IMG/VR virus record: IMGVR_UViG_3300048839_000819
Location: 1-58,747 of that record
Reading direction: 5' to 3' (one strand)
DNA length: 58,747 bases
Origin: a virus
Lineage: Duplodnaviria > Caudoviricetes
A program made the translations under genes and the position numbers. Below the pieces are notes generated by a model. That model was not told the DNA's origin. It was given only the letters and a program-made list of their open reading frames with translations, and did no database searches. This document shows positions 44,616 through 54,591 of the stretch, in pieces. The stretch's first letter is position 1, and every line of letters starts with the position of its first letter.

Positions 44616-46208
44616 TTATTCTATGTCGTCAATTGCGTATTTAAGACTTAATAGTGTTCTTTTATTTAGCAAGCCTGATTTAAAATTTGGTGTAATATTT
44701 TTTCCAGATATAACAATAGATGGGTCTTTAATGTCATCCAAGATGGACTCTTCATCTACTTTTATTTGTTCCCTAATATTTAAATCTGGGGAAACCAGTA
44801 TTGAATATTCTAAAAGCACTTTGCCATACAAAGAACGGACAACAACACCGTATAGATAATCAAAGTTTCCGAAGGGCTCAAATTGGGCCACAGACTGTCC
44901 TGAGAGGGTTGCTTTAATAATCTGGTCCAGAGCCCCCCTGTCGTCCCAATTCGCCTTCACAGCAGCGTCAGTGAGCTGTACGGCCCTATCCTGAAAGTGT
45001 GGCACAGGCACAGCTACGGAATCAGGGGTTACAACCTTGGATTTGGGGAAAATCTTCTTCCAGAACAAGTATCTATCAACCACAGTCTTGAATGGTTTCT
45101 TCTTGAAAGACTCCAGTATGGCCTTTTTAGCTTTTTTTCTAAGCTTGTCCATATCCACACTGTTCTCTGTTTTGCTGAGTTCTTCATTCAAGCTTTCAGC
45201 AAAATCTGAAACATAGACATTAGGAACATGAATAAACAAAGAATCATTCTCATAGATTCTAACACCATCAACGGTTTCAAGCACCTTTATTCTACCTTTA
45301 TCCTTTTTCTTCTTTATTTTAGAAATAACTTTTTTAAATCCACCGGGAAGATAAGCAATATCATCCTCAGTTGTTGCAGTGTCTGCAACGGCTTCTCCCT
45401 CTTCGTTTAAAGCAAATAAATCTTGAAAAGTCAGAGACTCGTTTTTATCTTCTTCCTCTACAGGCTCTTCTGTAGGCTCCGTAGGAGCCTCTTCAAAGGT
45501 TTCTTCATCACCTGTGATAATGGGCTCTTCTTCCTTTTCAATTCTTTCGATTTCTTCTGGCTCCAAAGGAGATATTTTCTGTTCGCGGCTTTCCATAACT
45601 TTGAACTTTTTCCTACCAGACTTGATATTGTCCACCATCTTCTGCATTGTGTCTTTATAGGCTTTGCCTATCCATCTAGCCAGCGTTATGGTGTAATCTG
45701 GTAATTCATTCAGAAGTAGGGTGTTATGCTTGCAAAATGCTCCGACCTCCCCTGAATTCCTAACTACAGGAGGACGATTTTCGGCCTTACCATACTTAGC
45801 ATCCCTATCAGGTCTAGATAAAATGTAATTGAAACCATAAAATTGTTGACTTGGGCATGAACACAGAATTTGTAAATCCCCTTGCTCAATAAGCTTTTCA
45901 GCTACTTTCCTAAGAACAACCCTATTGCCTCTGGCGTTCCAGTTCTCTTTATCTTGAACAGCCTCAGCAAGAAATTGCTTTATGTTTTTAAACTTTATGT
46001 AACCGTCATACCAAACCTTTTGCTTTGTTCCAGAATGAATCTTGAAATGTAAGAGACTGGGGTACTTCTGTAACAGACGAACACCCCCCTTTTCTTCTAC
46101 CTTTGCAACACGATCATAAAAAGTAGGAAAAAGCTTGGTAATATCCTGTTGTTTATTTTGTAAATCGCCTAACGTATATTCGTTAATAAGCATATTTTGA
46201 AAAACCAA
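44616..46208 (-). CDS. head-region protein with SWIM-like zinc finger
   Basis: LCSCPSQQFYG...FCKH; acidic linker. Confidence 0.7.
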   Translation of the reverse strand: MVFQNMLINEYTLGDLQNKQQDITKLFPTFYDRVAKVEEKGGVRLLQKYPSLLHFKIHSGTKQKVWYDGYIKFKNIKQFLAEAVQDKENWNARGNRVVLRKVAEKLIEQGDLQILCSCPSQQFYGFNYILSRPDRDAKYGKAENRPPVVRNSGEVGAFCKHNTLLLNELPDYTITLARWIGKAYKDTMQKMVDNIKSGRKKFKVMESREQKISPLEPEEIERIEKEEEPIITGDEETFEEAPTEPTEEPVEEEDKNESLTFQDLFALNEEGEAVADTATTEDDIAYLPGGFKKVISKIKKKKDKGRIKVLETVDGVRIYENDSLFIHVPNVYVSDFAESLNEELSKTENSVDMDKLRKKAKKAILESFKKKPFKTVVDRYLFWKKIFPKSKVVTPDSVAVPVPHFQDRAVQLTDAAVKANWDDRGALDQIIKATLSGQSVAQFEPFGNFDYLYGVVVRSLYGKVLLEYSILVSPDLNIREQIKVDEESILDDIKDPSIVISGKNITPNFKSGLLNKRTLLSLKYAIDDIE

Positions 46209-46218
46209 ATTTAAAAAT

Positions 46219-46266
46219 TTTGTGGGGATCTTTGTCGCTGGAGGCTAAGACGCCGATCCCCACAAA
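46219..46266 (-). terminator. intergenic hairpin (terminator-like)
   Basis: tttgtggggatc/gatccccacaaa 12-bp stem, 24-nt loop. Confidence 0.5.
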
Positions 46267-46283
46267 GGAGTAAAACACAAAAA

Positions 46284-46988
46284 TTATCCACGCTGCGCCA
46301 TGACTAACCAAATACCTTGTTCAGATAATTCATCTTGCAAGCTCTTCTTATCATCCAAGCCTTGCTGAATCATTTGTGTGGCATTTATGCCCTTAACATC
46401 AGCAATTGCAGCTTTAGCTAAAGTCTGACCTTCACATATCATCACCAAAGCATAGGTGTATCTCTGAATCCAATCCAAAATCCATTGACTCTCAATGTCT
46501 TCGTCACCAACAATTCTATGAGATCCAACAACTGTTAGAGTTGACACACCCATAGGTACAGTAGATAGATACAATTTCCCACCCTCTTCACTACCAAAGT
46601 TAGTGGCCATAGGGGGCAAAAAAGTAAACCTAAAATCTGTACCCACAAAAGTCTGATAATTCTTAAATCCAGCAGACATCGTGATCATATCACTAGAGAC
46701 ATGATCTATGATGGGGATGCCAAGAAGAGACCACAAAGGATGATTGTTAAGTAGCCACGTAGTGGCTTGTCCAGGGTAAACTTGAACAACAGACTTGAAA
46801 TGCTCATCTAATTCAACAACATCGCCTCCAGGGTATGACACAGTCTCTACTCTGGGAAATGCAGAGTGACCGTTGAAATACCTTTTTGCATTGTAAATTT
46901 GCTGCTGTATATTAGCGGTTGTTGTAGCAAGCGTAATAGGAGCAAATTGAGTTTGAATCCAAGAAACTATCGTATCTATTTGAGACAT
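46284..46988 (-). CDS. neck/head-completion protein (gp13-like)
   Basis: IQQQIYNAKRYF...WIQRYTYALV..EG...INATQMIQQG. Confidence 0.7.
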   Translation of the reverse strand: MSQIDTIVSWIQTQFAPITLATTTANIQQQIYNAKRYFNGHSAFPRVETVSYPGGDVVELDEHFKSVVQVYPGQATTWLLNNHPLWSLLGIPIIDHVSSDMITMSAGFKNYQTFVGTDFRFTFLPPMATNFGSEEGGKLYLSTVPMGVSTLTVVGSHRIVGDEDIESQWILDWIQRYTYALVMICEGQTLAKAAIADVKGINATQMIQQGLDDKKSLQDELSEQGIWLVMAQRG

Positions 46989-47000
46989 TTAATTTGCCTT

Positions 47001-47726
47001 CTATTTAAATTCCAGAGAATACATGGAATTACACTTAGGACAGTTTAAAATGAGTAAATTATTGTCGTCGTCCCTGTCGAGAGCTTCCATCTCTTGCTTG
47101 TCACATTTTTGACACCAGTACTTTTTTCTCCTGTCTAATTTGCCCATAACAGGAATGTCTTTGGTATCAAGGGCATCCTCATCCTCAGATGATTCCAACA
47201 AGGCTCTAAGCTCATCCTTATTAAGACATCCATTGTCATTAGTATCTTCGTCTTGTTCTATATCAATATCTGGTAAATAATCGTCATCAGATTGAGATGC
47301 TTTTTCAACAATAGCCTGATCAATATCCAAAACACTTATTTCATTTTCAGGAATACTCAAATCCTGTGAAAGTTGAAATGCTTCTGATTCATCAGCACTA
47401 TCCAAAATACTTTGAATATCATCAAGATCTTCAACAATATCAGGAGTGTTCAAAACATTTGAAATGGTTTCTTTGCTTTGCAAAGCTTCCTGAACTGTTC
47501 TTATCTTTTGTATCTGTGATTTTCTTTTAGTTAGCAACTTTTGTATCATTTTAGCTGCGTCAGCTTCATCATCTAGAATAGTTAAAAGTTCCATATTTTG
47601 AAATGATTTGGCTTGAGCCAAAGATTCAAACTGAACAGATACTTTCTGACCAATCTCTAATTCAAGACATTGCAACCCAGTTGACAGTGAAAAGTCTTCT
47701 AAAGCAATTATATTTAAAACTATCAT
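47001..47726 (-). CDS. acidic protein with C-terminal zinc ribbon
   Basis: RBS GGAGG before ATG 47726; WCQKC...CPKC. Confidence 0.7.
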   Translation of the reverse strand: MIVLNIIALEDFSLSTGLQCLELEIGQKVSVQFESLAQAKSFQNMELLTILDDEADAAKMIQKLLTKRKSQIQKIRTVQEALQSKETISNVLNTPDIVEDLDDIQSILDSADESEAFQLSQDLSIPENEISVLDIDQAIVEKASQSDDDYLPDIDIEQDEDTNDNGCLNKDELRALLESSEDEDALDTKDIPVMGKLDRRKKYWCQKCDKQEMEALDRDDDNNLLILNCPKCNSMYSLEFK

Positions 47727-47740
47727 TATTACCTCCAGCA

Positions 47741-47779
47741 AAAAAGTAAGAAAGGGGTGGGACTTTCCCACCCCTTTCT
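47741..47779 (-). terminator. intrinsic terminator after the capsid gene
   Basis: 14-bp stem agaaaggggtggga/tcccacccctttct followed by a T tract on the minus strand. Confidence 0.85.
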
Positions 47780-47785
47780 ATTTGG

Positions 47786-49980
47786 TTAGGCACCAAGGTT
47801 GGTGATTTTACCATAAGTGAACATACGACTGTTCAAGACCTTAAAGCCAGCAGCACTCATGAAACCCTTCTGGCTGAACAAGTCAGAAGTCGTCACTGTA
47901 GGCGAGGTGAACAGAGGCATATACGGAGCATAGGCAAACGCAGCATGCAAGAAATCCTTGCCGCGATAACCCATGATGTATCGGTTAGTGCCAGATACGC
48001 TGGACCCACCAATAGTGCGATCCTGAAGCAGAGGATCTTGGATCACAGTACGACCACCAATATCGCCAATGACCATAGGTCCAAGAGGCAGATCAGTAGT
48101 CTTTGCCTTAAAGGTAGGCAACTGCTTAATAACACGAGCCACGTTATTACCGCAGATGATCCAACTACCCTGTGCTCTCAAGGTAGCCGCGAAGATGTTG
48201 TTTGAGCCTTCCTCAAACCTATCAAGAATTTCCTGTTTCTTGAACACCCATTCCTGACCACTACCAACGGAAGCATTCCATGCGGTAATGGCGGTTGCAG
48301 GAGTGTACGAAGTACCTTCCCAAGACCCGCCATGAGACGCGATGTCAATCTGGTTGATGCCGAAGTGATCAATTGTAAACTGACTAGCTGTTACTTGTAG
48401 ACCTATTAAAAGCACGATCACTAAAATGCAATTAATTAATTTTTTAATAGGCGGGTAAGTCATCTCTGCTTACCTCCAAACATTTCTGCTTGGTTCAGAC
48501 TATATCTTAACCCTGAATTTTCCAGGGTTGCCGCCGTAGCCTCTAAGATTACTCTTAAAGACGTAGTCGTTGAACTAGTATTGAACAAAGTATCCTCAGC
48601 CATTGCTGTTTCAACCATATTGTTCATTTTATTTTTCATATCAATCTTTCAATACTAGCTGCTGATTGTCCCGAAGGAGGTTCCAGCAATTAAGCGGCTT
48701 TCGCGATGCCGATATTACTATCGACGCGAGGCCCACATTTAACCTCGCCACCCAGATACTTCACCAATTCGCTCTCCAGGTCCATACCATGAGCCTTGGA
48801 AAGGTCAATGGCAGCACCAATTGACCAGCTTGCAGCCAGAGGGAAATCAATGGCTGTAACAGGCGATTGTGTCAAAGACACGCTTGCCTTGGGTACACCA
48901 CTCTGATCGTTGTAAGCATCAATGGGCTTATCATACTGATAGCGATAATTCACTGCAACACCAGAACTGTCAGTGGTAGTTGCAAGCGTGAAAGAAATCG
49001 CACCAGTGGTGTAATCCACAGTACCAGTACCACCGTCACCAGTTATAACAGTGGCTGTATCAGCGTCAGTACCAAGAACAGTACCGTCAGCAGCCTCAAG
49101 CACAACAGTACCAGAGGTAATGCCGGGCTTATAGGTGCAGGTGTGGGTAATGGTTTGACCAATGGACTTGGAAGACGAAGAGGCAATAGCCTCACCAATA
49201 ACACCAGAGTAAGCATACGTCTGACCAGCAAGGGTACGATTTGTACCAGTAGTAGACGACAGCATGGTGTCACCAGCGGTGACTGCACCCTTGGTATTAT
49301 CGTACTTCACATCCAGATAGAACACAGAACCAGTCCTTCGGTCCAAACTTTGAATAAGAGCAACCTCATTCAGCACTAATGCACAAAAGTCCCTATTTTT
49401 CAAAAGGGGGTGGATCATATCATCCTCACAATGGAGGTTCGGCGCTTTTGAGATATTATTGGTAGCAAAATCCTCAATCTCTGATCTCTGAACTTTCTCT
49501 TTTACATAACTACTTGCATTCAAAGAGCTTAGCTGCTGATTAGCATATTCTTCTTTCGAAGAACTTAGCGTTCCAGAAAGTAATTGTCTTTCATATTTAA
49601 TTGTTCTGTTGGTTTTTGACATTACTTTTTTCAATTCACCGAATTTTTCAAAATAGATTACTCTATTAAGCCGCCATTTGATCTAACGGAAGCAGTGCTG
49701 CGATAATCGGAAGCTGCACACCCAGGAAAGAAATATTGTCTTCCGTGGTGCTCTCAAACAGACGCCCAAGCGCCTTCGGCGCTACACCGGTTTGCATAAG
49801 GGCATTATCAAGACACTGTGCTGTCGCACGAGCTTCATGAATACCAAGCTCACGGCCTTGAGTCTTCTTGAGGTAATCATTTACAGGATTCAACCAAGAA
49901 CCCCAACGTTTTACAACGTTATTCTGTTCGGCGATGATCTCCTTACGGCGACCTTCTACCATCTTTTTCATATCAATCAT
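47786..49980 (-). CDS. gp23: major capsid protein (T4 gp23-like), spliced: join(49686..49980, 48742..49381, 47786..48383), 510 aa
   Basis: Spliced junctions give LLPSLVLNEVALIQ and LGGEVQFTIDH, aligning to gp23 IPNLIAFDICGVQ and LSTEILAEINR-type motifs; AFAYAPYMPL C-terminal motif. Confidence 0.9.
48384..48741 (-). mobile_element. group I self-splicing intron (358 nt), no intact homing endonuclease
   Basis: P AATTGCTGGAA, Q AATCAGCAG, R GTTCAACGACTA, S AAGATATAGTC; P1 GCGAGGU/GCCUCGC with U-G at the 5' splice site; P3, P7, P8, P9 stems; terminal G. Confidence 0.92.
49382..49685 (-). mobile_element. group I self-splicing intron (304 nt), no homing endonuclease
   Basis: Q AATCAGCAG, R GTTCAGAGATCA, S ATGATATGATC (P7 GAUCA/UGAUC), P3 TTCGGTG/CGCCGAA; P1 CCGU/GCGG; P10 AAUG/CAUU; terminal G. 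Confidence 0.88.
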
Positions 49981-50103
49981 TATAGATCTCCTGAATACAT
50001 TTCAATTTAAAAAATACGTTCTCTCTCGTGGTGTGTGAATGAAGTGCATTCAGCTTACCAGATGTTTTCAGCAATAGTGTTGCTGAATAAACAGCGATAA
50101 GAG

Positions 50104-52602
50104 TTATCTACTCAGATGTTTTGTGATCTCTTTGTTGATTATAAGAGACTCCTCATCAGAAGTAGATTCAATCAATAATTCATCATAACTCGGTTTCATC
50201 AAAAGGTCAAGCATAAATTTATGACTATTTCCCTCCAGAATACAATCAATATCATCTTTTGTCTTTGCTTTCTTAGCAAGTTCACAAATAGACTCAGAAA
50301 GAGTTATACCCATGAAGGACGATTTGATGTCCAAGTAATTCTTTAAACTTTCTTCTCTAACCAATTTCTCTACAGACTTTTTAGTAGTCTCTATAATCTT
50401 GGTGGCTTTTGTTTTCAACTTTTTAAGCTTAGTTTCATACAGACTGGTGGTCTCAGTAAGTTTAGCGTTCAATTCACGAATTACTGAATTTCTGGAAAGA
50501 ATCGTCTTGTTCTGAGATTCGTTTGTTTTTGTAGTACTGTCAATCCTCTCATTGAGCTGATTGATAGTAGTTTGCATCTCATTGATCATTTCAGACAGTA
50601 CAGAAATTTCATCACTCTTAATAGCTTCATCTGCCCGTTGGGCATACGTAAGCTTTGAGACATCAAGGGATTCTTTCTTTTGCTTTTTGACTTCTTCAGC
50701 TGATGTGCCAGCTTCCATACTCTTTTGCACAGCTATAGCGTCATCTTTATTATTTGTTTTATATGTTGCTGTTTCATCCTTTACACCATCAATATAAACA
50801 TCTACAACAAACTCACCGGTGTCTTTATTTTTATGAATTTTAGTTTTTTTACCACTAGAGGCTTTACCTTCAGAGAGATCATCCTTATCCTTCTTACTGG
50901 TCTCTTCGAGACCACTGGCAAGCCTTTCGAAATAATCTAAGAGACCATAGTATGACTCTTTGATGACTCCCTTGATTTTAGGAGCTACAGCTTTTTGTAC
51001 TTTTGACTCACCAATGACGGACATGTACTCTTTTTGACAGGAGCAAGAAGAGAAGCTTTCACCACAACTAGGACATGCCTCCATGAGGCACCCCAGAGTG
51101 TGGAGATTACCTTCTTTCATTTCCACCTTACATCCAATACAAGTTACATTTGGCTTGACAACCATCTGTCTCTCATATATCTTGTCCTTGATTTTTACGT
51201 ATTTGGATTCTTTATTGTATCCTGATTTAATAGGCTTTTTCTTCTTAGACTCTTTCTTTTCCTCATCCTCTTCAACATCCTCAAGAGTTTCTAGGTCTTG
51301 AATTTCTTCAGACTTTTCATTGAAGTCCTTCTCTTCCTCTATCTCTTCTTCCATTTCTACTGGAACTTCACCTTGTGAAACATCAGTAACTACTGGTATG
51401 CTACTCGTAGTTGTAGTTGTAAGCCTGATGACAGGTGAAACGGCATCAGATTTAAAAATCTCAATAGTATCAGATGTGCTGTTAGTACTATATTGAGTAT
51501 CAGGAAGAATCTGAGCCATTTGCTCATTTTCTTTCAGAGCCTTCAAAAGAGAATCACCAGAAAGGCCCTCTTTCAAAGTAATTTCAAATTCTTTATCAAA
51601 GGATTCATCCAATGATTTAACTGTGTATGTTTTTGATTCTGTTTTCATAGAAACTTCTCCATCAACTTCAACGTCAGGAATGTAGTCTTTCAACTCCCAC
51701 ATACTGTCCATAGCATCAGGAATGGAGCCAGAACCAGAGGTAAGCATGGCATGCACAGTTTCCATACGATATGGGGATTTAATGGTTGCTGACCAATTAT
51801 CTTTGTCAATATCTATCTGAAGGCCCTTGAACTTTTGACCATCAAGAAAATCTATGACACTAGGGTCAGAAGCCTCCAGCGTATATGAATTAATACGATC
51901 TTCATTTATTTTAGGCCTCTTTACAGATTCAAGCAAAACCTTTGCTTCATCTGATTTTAATACAGCAAGAATAGACTCAGCAAGCTCTTTGCTTATCTTT
52001 CTTGCGTCATCTTCTGTGGTGCATCCATCAGAGATGGCCTCTACAACATTTCTTTCCAACTTTGTGGGAATAGAACCAAAGGTAGAGGGATCGGCTGTAA
52101 AGTCTGTGGTAATGTATTTGTACTTATCAGGAACGACTCTATCGTAAGTAGCTGACCCTTCTGTAATTGTCTCTACATCACCAGAAGCTCTTGTACTTAC
52201 ACCAACCATACAATTAGCCTCAATGAGAGTGTGAATAAGTCTACCATGAGGTGTATCAAGTACCTCAATCTCCTGAAAGACCTTCTCAACAACCTTACCG
52301 TCTTCCTCAACAGCTTCAAAGAATGTATCTGTGATGATATGACTTGTTTGCATCAAGTCAGACTTCACCCCTTCGGGGTGCTCACCATGACCATACAAGT
52401 TTCTATTTTTATGCTTTGCTTTTATTTCAGGATCATCCATTACCTTTTCAAACACAGCACGCTCATAGATGCGTCCGTTTGCGTTTAGCTCATCTACATT
52501 GCAAATAGGCCAAACGCCTCTAAACAGGACACCCTTGGGTAATTTTGACCTATCTGATTCTGTAATCTTACAGTTTACCAAAAGTGTTTCATTTAAAATC
52601 AT
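50104..52602 (-). CDS. gp21: prohead protease (gp21-like) fused to a zinc finger and a scaffold-like coiled coil
   Basis: NANGRIYE, GHGEHP, LDTPHG, GVSTRASG, DFTADPS; long acidic/coiled-coil C-terminus. Confidence 0.88.
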   Translation of the reverse strand: MILNETLLVNCKITESDRSKLPKGVLFRGVWPICNVDELNANGRIYERAVFEKVMDDPEIKAKHKNRNLYGHGEHPEGVKSDLMQTSHIITDTFFEAVEEDGKVVEKVFQEIEVLDTPHGRLIHTLIEANCMVGVSTRASGDVETITEGSATYDRVVPDKYKYITTDFTADPSTFGSIPTKLERNVVEAISDGCTTEDDARKISKELAESILAVLKSDEAKVLLESVKRPKINEDRINSYTLEASDPSVIDFLDGQKFKGLQIDIDKDNWSATIKSPYRMETVHAMLTSGSGSIPDAMDSMWELKDYIPDVEVDGEVSMKTESKTYTVKSLDESFDKEFEITLKEGLSGDSLLKALKENEQMAQILPDTQYSTNSTSDTIEIFKSDAVSPVIRLTTTTTSSIPVVTDVSQGEVPVEMEEEIEEEKDFNEKSEEIQDLETLEDVEEDEEKKESKKKKPIKSGYNKESKYVKIKDKIYERQMVVKPNVTCIGCKVEMKEGNLHTLGCLMEACPSCGESFSSCSCQKEYMSVIGESKVQKAVAPKIKGVIKESYYGLLDYFERLASGLEETSKKDKDDLSEGKASSGKKTKIHKNKDTGEFVVDVYIDGVKDETATYKTNNKDDAIAVQKSMEAGTSAEEVKKQKKESLDVSKLTYAQRADEAIKSDEISVLSEMINEMQTTINQLNERIDSTTKTNESQNKTILSRNSVIRELNAKLTETTSLYETKLKKLKTKATKIIETTKKSVEKLVREESLKNYLDIKSSFMGITLSESICELAKKAKTKDDIDCILEGNSHKFMLDLLMKPSYDELLIESTSDEESLIINKEITKHLSR

Positions 52603-52640
52603 TGTGAATTCCTCAAATTTTAAGACGTTTGCCTATATGA

Positions 52641-53447
52641 TTATTTAAATTTCTTATCTTCTTCGTCTTCTTCCTCTAATTCAAAATCATCAGAGAATTC
52701 ATCAACGGGTTCTTCATCTGTGCCTGCTTCAAGATCTTCTGGAGATTCAATTTGCTCTAAATCTTTCTGAATCTGCTCTTCCTCAGCACTAACCTCTTCC
52801 TCAGCAACATTTCTCTGCGCCTCTGCCTGAAGCTCCATTATTTTAGGCAAAATCCATTTAGAGTGAACATCATAAGAAAGATTGGTCATACCATATTCAT
52901 CACTGGCAAGCTGAAGTATTTTAAGCAGTGCCGTAGGAAAGTCAGCCACAGGAATATTGTTCTCAGAGGCTTTCATAATAGGAACTTCATTTTGGTCCTG
53001 CAAAACAATATCAGATATTAAATTACCTGTATCATTCAAAACAGTCACAGCATAAAAGTTCTTATCACCATTAGAATTAGCCCCAAGATAAAGCTTGTCA
53101 GGGATGCCAGAGGCATCATCTAAAGTGGGAGCTTCTTCTGGAGCTTCCTCCATAGGAGAATCTTCCAAAGGATCGGAAGAGAAATCACCCTCATCCTCTA
53201 AAGAATCATCAAAATCACCTGAAAGGTCATCCTCTTCAAATGATTCATCAGGATCGTCTATACCCATATCTTCGTCCTCTGAATCTTCTGAGTAATTACT
53301 CAAATCTGGGTCTTTTAAGTTTTGTTTTTCTTCAAAAAAATGAGTGGTTCCTGTGAACCGTCCTTCTTTCAAAGATCCACACAAATGCATGAGATGAAAA
53401 GCTAAATCTTTCATACTAATTGGATCTCCGAGATAGAGGTGTTTCAA
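52641..53447 (-). CDS. highly acidic head/core protein
   Basis: D/E-rich; head-module context. Confidence 0.65.
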   Translation of the reverse strand: MKHLYLGDPISMKDLAFHLMHLCGSLKEGRFTGTTHFFEEKQNLKDPDLSNYSEDSEDEDMGIDDPDESFEEDDLSGDFDDSLEDEGDFSSDPLEDSPMEEAPEEAPTLDDASGIPDKLYLGANSNGDKNFYAVTVLNDTGNLISDIVLQDQNEVPIMKASENNIPVADFPTALLKILQLASDEYGMTNLSYDVHSKWILPKIMELQAEAQRNVAEEEVSAEEEQIQKDLEQIESPEDLEAGTDEEPVDEFSDDFELEEEDEEDKKFK

Positions 53448-53829
53448 AAATCTTTGTTTTTATTGACCTTATTTCAGATTGGAGTTCAATAATAGAATCA
53501 TGGTCCAAGGAGGTCTTCTCGGATAAAATATCAATCATTCTTTTATTAGATACAGTAAGCTCTTTTATATACTCATTTTGCTGAGCATATATTTTAGTTT
53601 CCTCAGTATGAGATTTTGTATAAACCTCAAACTGATTTCTAGTGTCAGTGACATAAAGCAAAAAGCCTAGTAAGCTTAGAAGAATAGGCCAAGTTTTAGA
53701 TAGATTGTCAAGAATGCGATCCATGAGCCCTCCCGAGCAGAGCTTTTCGTTTGATTTATCGTTTGTTTGACTAAACTCAGCTTTATTCTTTGCCATTTTC
53801 AGGAGTCTTCTTATCCTTACTTTTGTCAC
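53416..53829 (-). CDS. single-TM coiled-coil protein (holin-like?); start uncertain
   Basis: WPILLSLLGFLLYV followed by a heptad region. Confidence 0.5.
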   Translation of the reverse strand: MTKVRIRRLLKMAKNKAEFSQTNDKSNEKLCSGGLMDRILDNLSKTWPILLSLLGFLLYVTDTRNQFEVYTKSHTEETKIYAQQNEYIKELTVSNKRMIDILSEKTSLDHDSIIELQSEIRSIKTKIFETPLSRRSN

Positions 53830-54199
53830 TTTCCATTAGATCATTGATCATCTTTGTTTCGTCAGGATCTTCCCAATCAGGAATCTTGCCTTCGGCAAGA
53901 ACGATTTCCTTGTATTCCTGCTCAGACTCATTCATTGAATCATAGTCACGAAGAACAATCTTCTGACCTTCAATGGTCTCAACGACACTGATTTGCCCAT
54001 CTTTGATAGACAGAATAATGTCCTTGGACTCTTTCTTCTCTTCTTTGTCTTCCTTGTCCTTCATGTCTTTATCTTCTTCTTTCTTGATGTCACAAGAACC
54101 AGTTGCCTCTTCAACAACCTCTTCTTGATCCATAGACTCTTCCCTGATAGTCTCTTCAGCAACACTTTCACTGATATGTTTGTACAGTGCATCTAACAT
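53783..54199 (-). CDS. acidic head/core protein
   Basis: E/K-rich with xxE-S motifs. Confidence 0.65.
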   Translation of the reverse strand: MLDALYKHISESVAEETIREESMDQEEVVEEATGSCDIKKEEDKDMKDKEDKEEKKESKDIILSIKDGQISVVETIEGQKIVLRDYDSMNESEQEYKEIVLAEGKIPDWEDPDETKMINDLMESDKSKDKKTPENGKE

Positions 54200-54201
54200 T
54201 C

Positions 54202-54591
54202 TTACATCTCCAATATTAGTTTACCAATTCGTTCATATAGTTCTGGCAACAAAACAGATGATTCTGTTTTACCTTGCTCACAATCAATAATTATATGTGT
54301 TCCCAATGAAAGACAAGCTTTAAGCTCAGTCAAAACAGGAACACCTTTATCACTTGCTAACTTTTTAAGGGTACTATGAACAGACTTACCCTTTAATCTG
54401 TTTACCAAGTTTTCAAAAATAACTTCTTTGTTGGGAACTTTAGACAAGATTTCCAAGCAAGATGTGTAATCACCTTTGTTGTACTTATCTAAGGATTCTG
54501 TTAAGACATGTCTAAAATTGGGATGCTGTAATGTAGAATACATTTCTTTTATTTTAGACAGAGCTTCTTTTTGATTTGTTTTCATGATCAA
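54202..54591 (-). CDS. hypothetical protein
   Basis: Operon context. Confidence 0.65.
   Translation of the reverse strand: MIMKTNQKEALSKIKEMYSTLQHPNFRHVLTESLDKYNKGDYTSCLEILSKVPNKEVIFENLVNRLKGKSVHSTLKKLASDKGVPVLTELKACLSLGTHIIIDCEQGKTESSVLLPELYERIGKLILEM

Noticed and set aside
48690-48741. C-terminal tail KCGPRVDSNIGIAKAA of the same ORF
   Set aside because: Read-through into intron 2 P1/P2; removed by splicing
49382-49634. N-terminal 84 aa of the ORF-track protein 48690..49634
   Set aside because: This is intron 1 sequence that happens to be open in frame; it has no capsid similarity and no RBS
49990-50100. Hairpins in the capsid 5' UTR (ttcagcaa/ttgctgaa; tgaatg/cattca) as a riboswitch
   Set aside because: Two simple stems without a recognisable aptamer or expression platform; more likely mRNA stabilisers or processing sites
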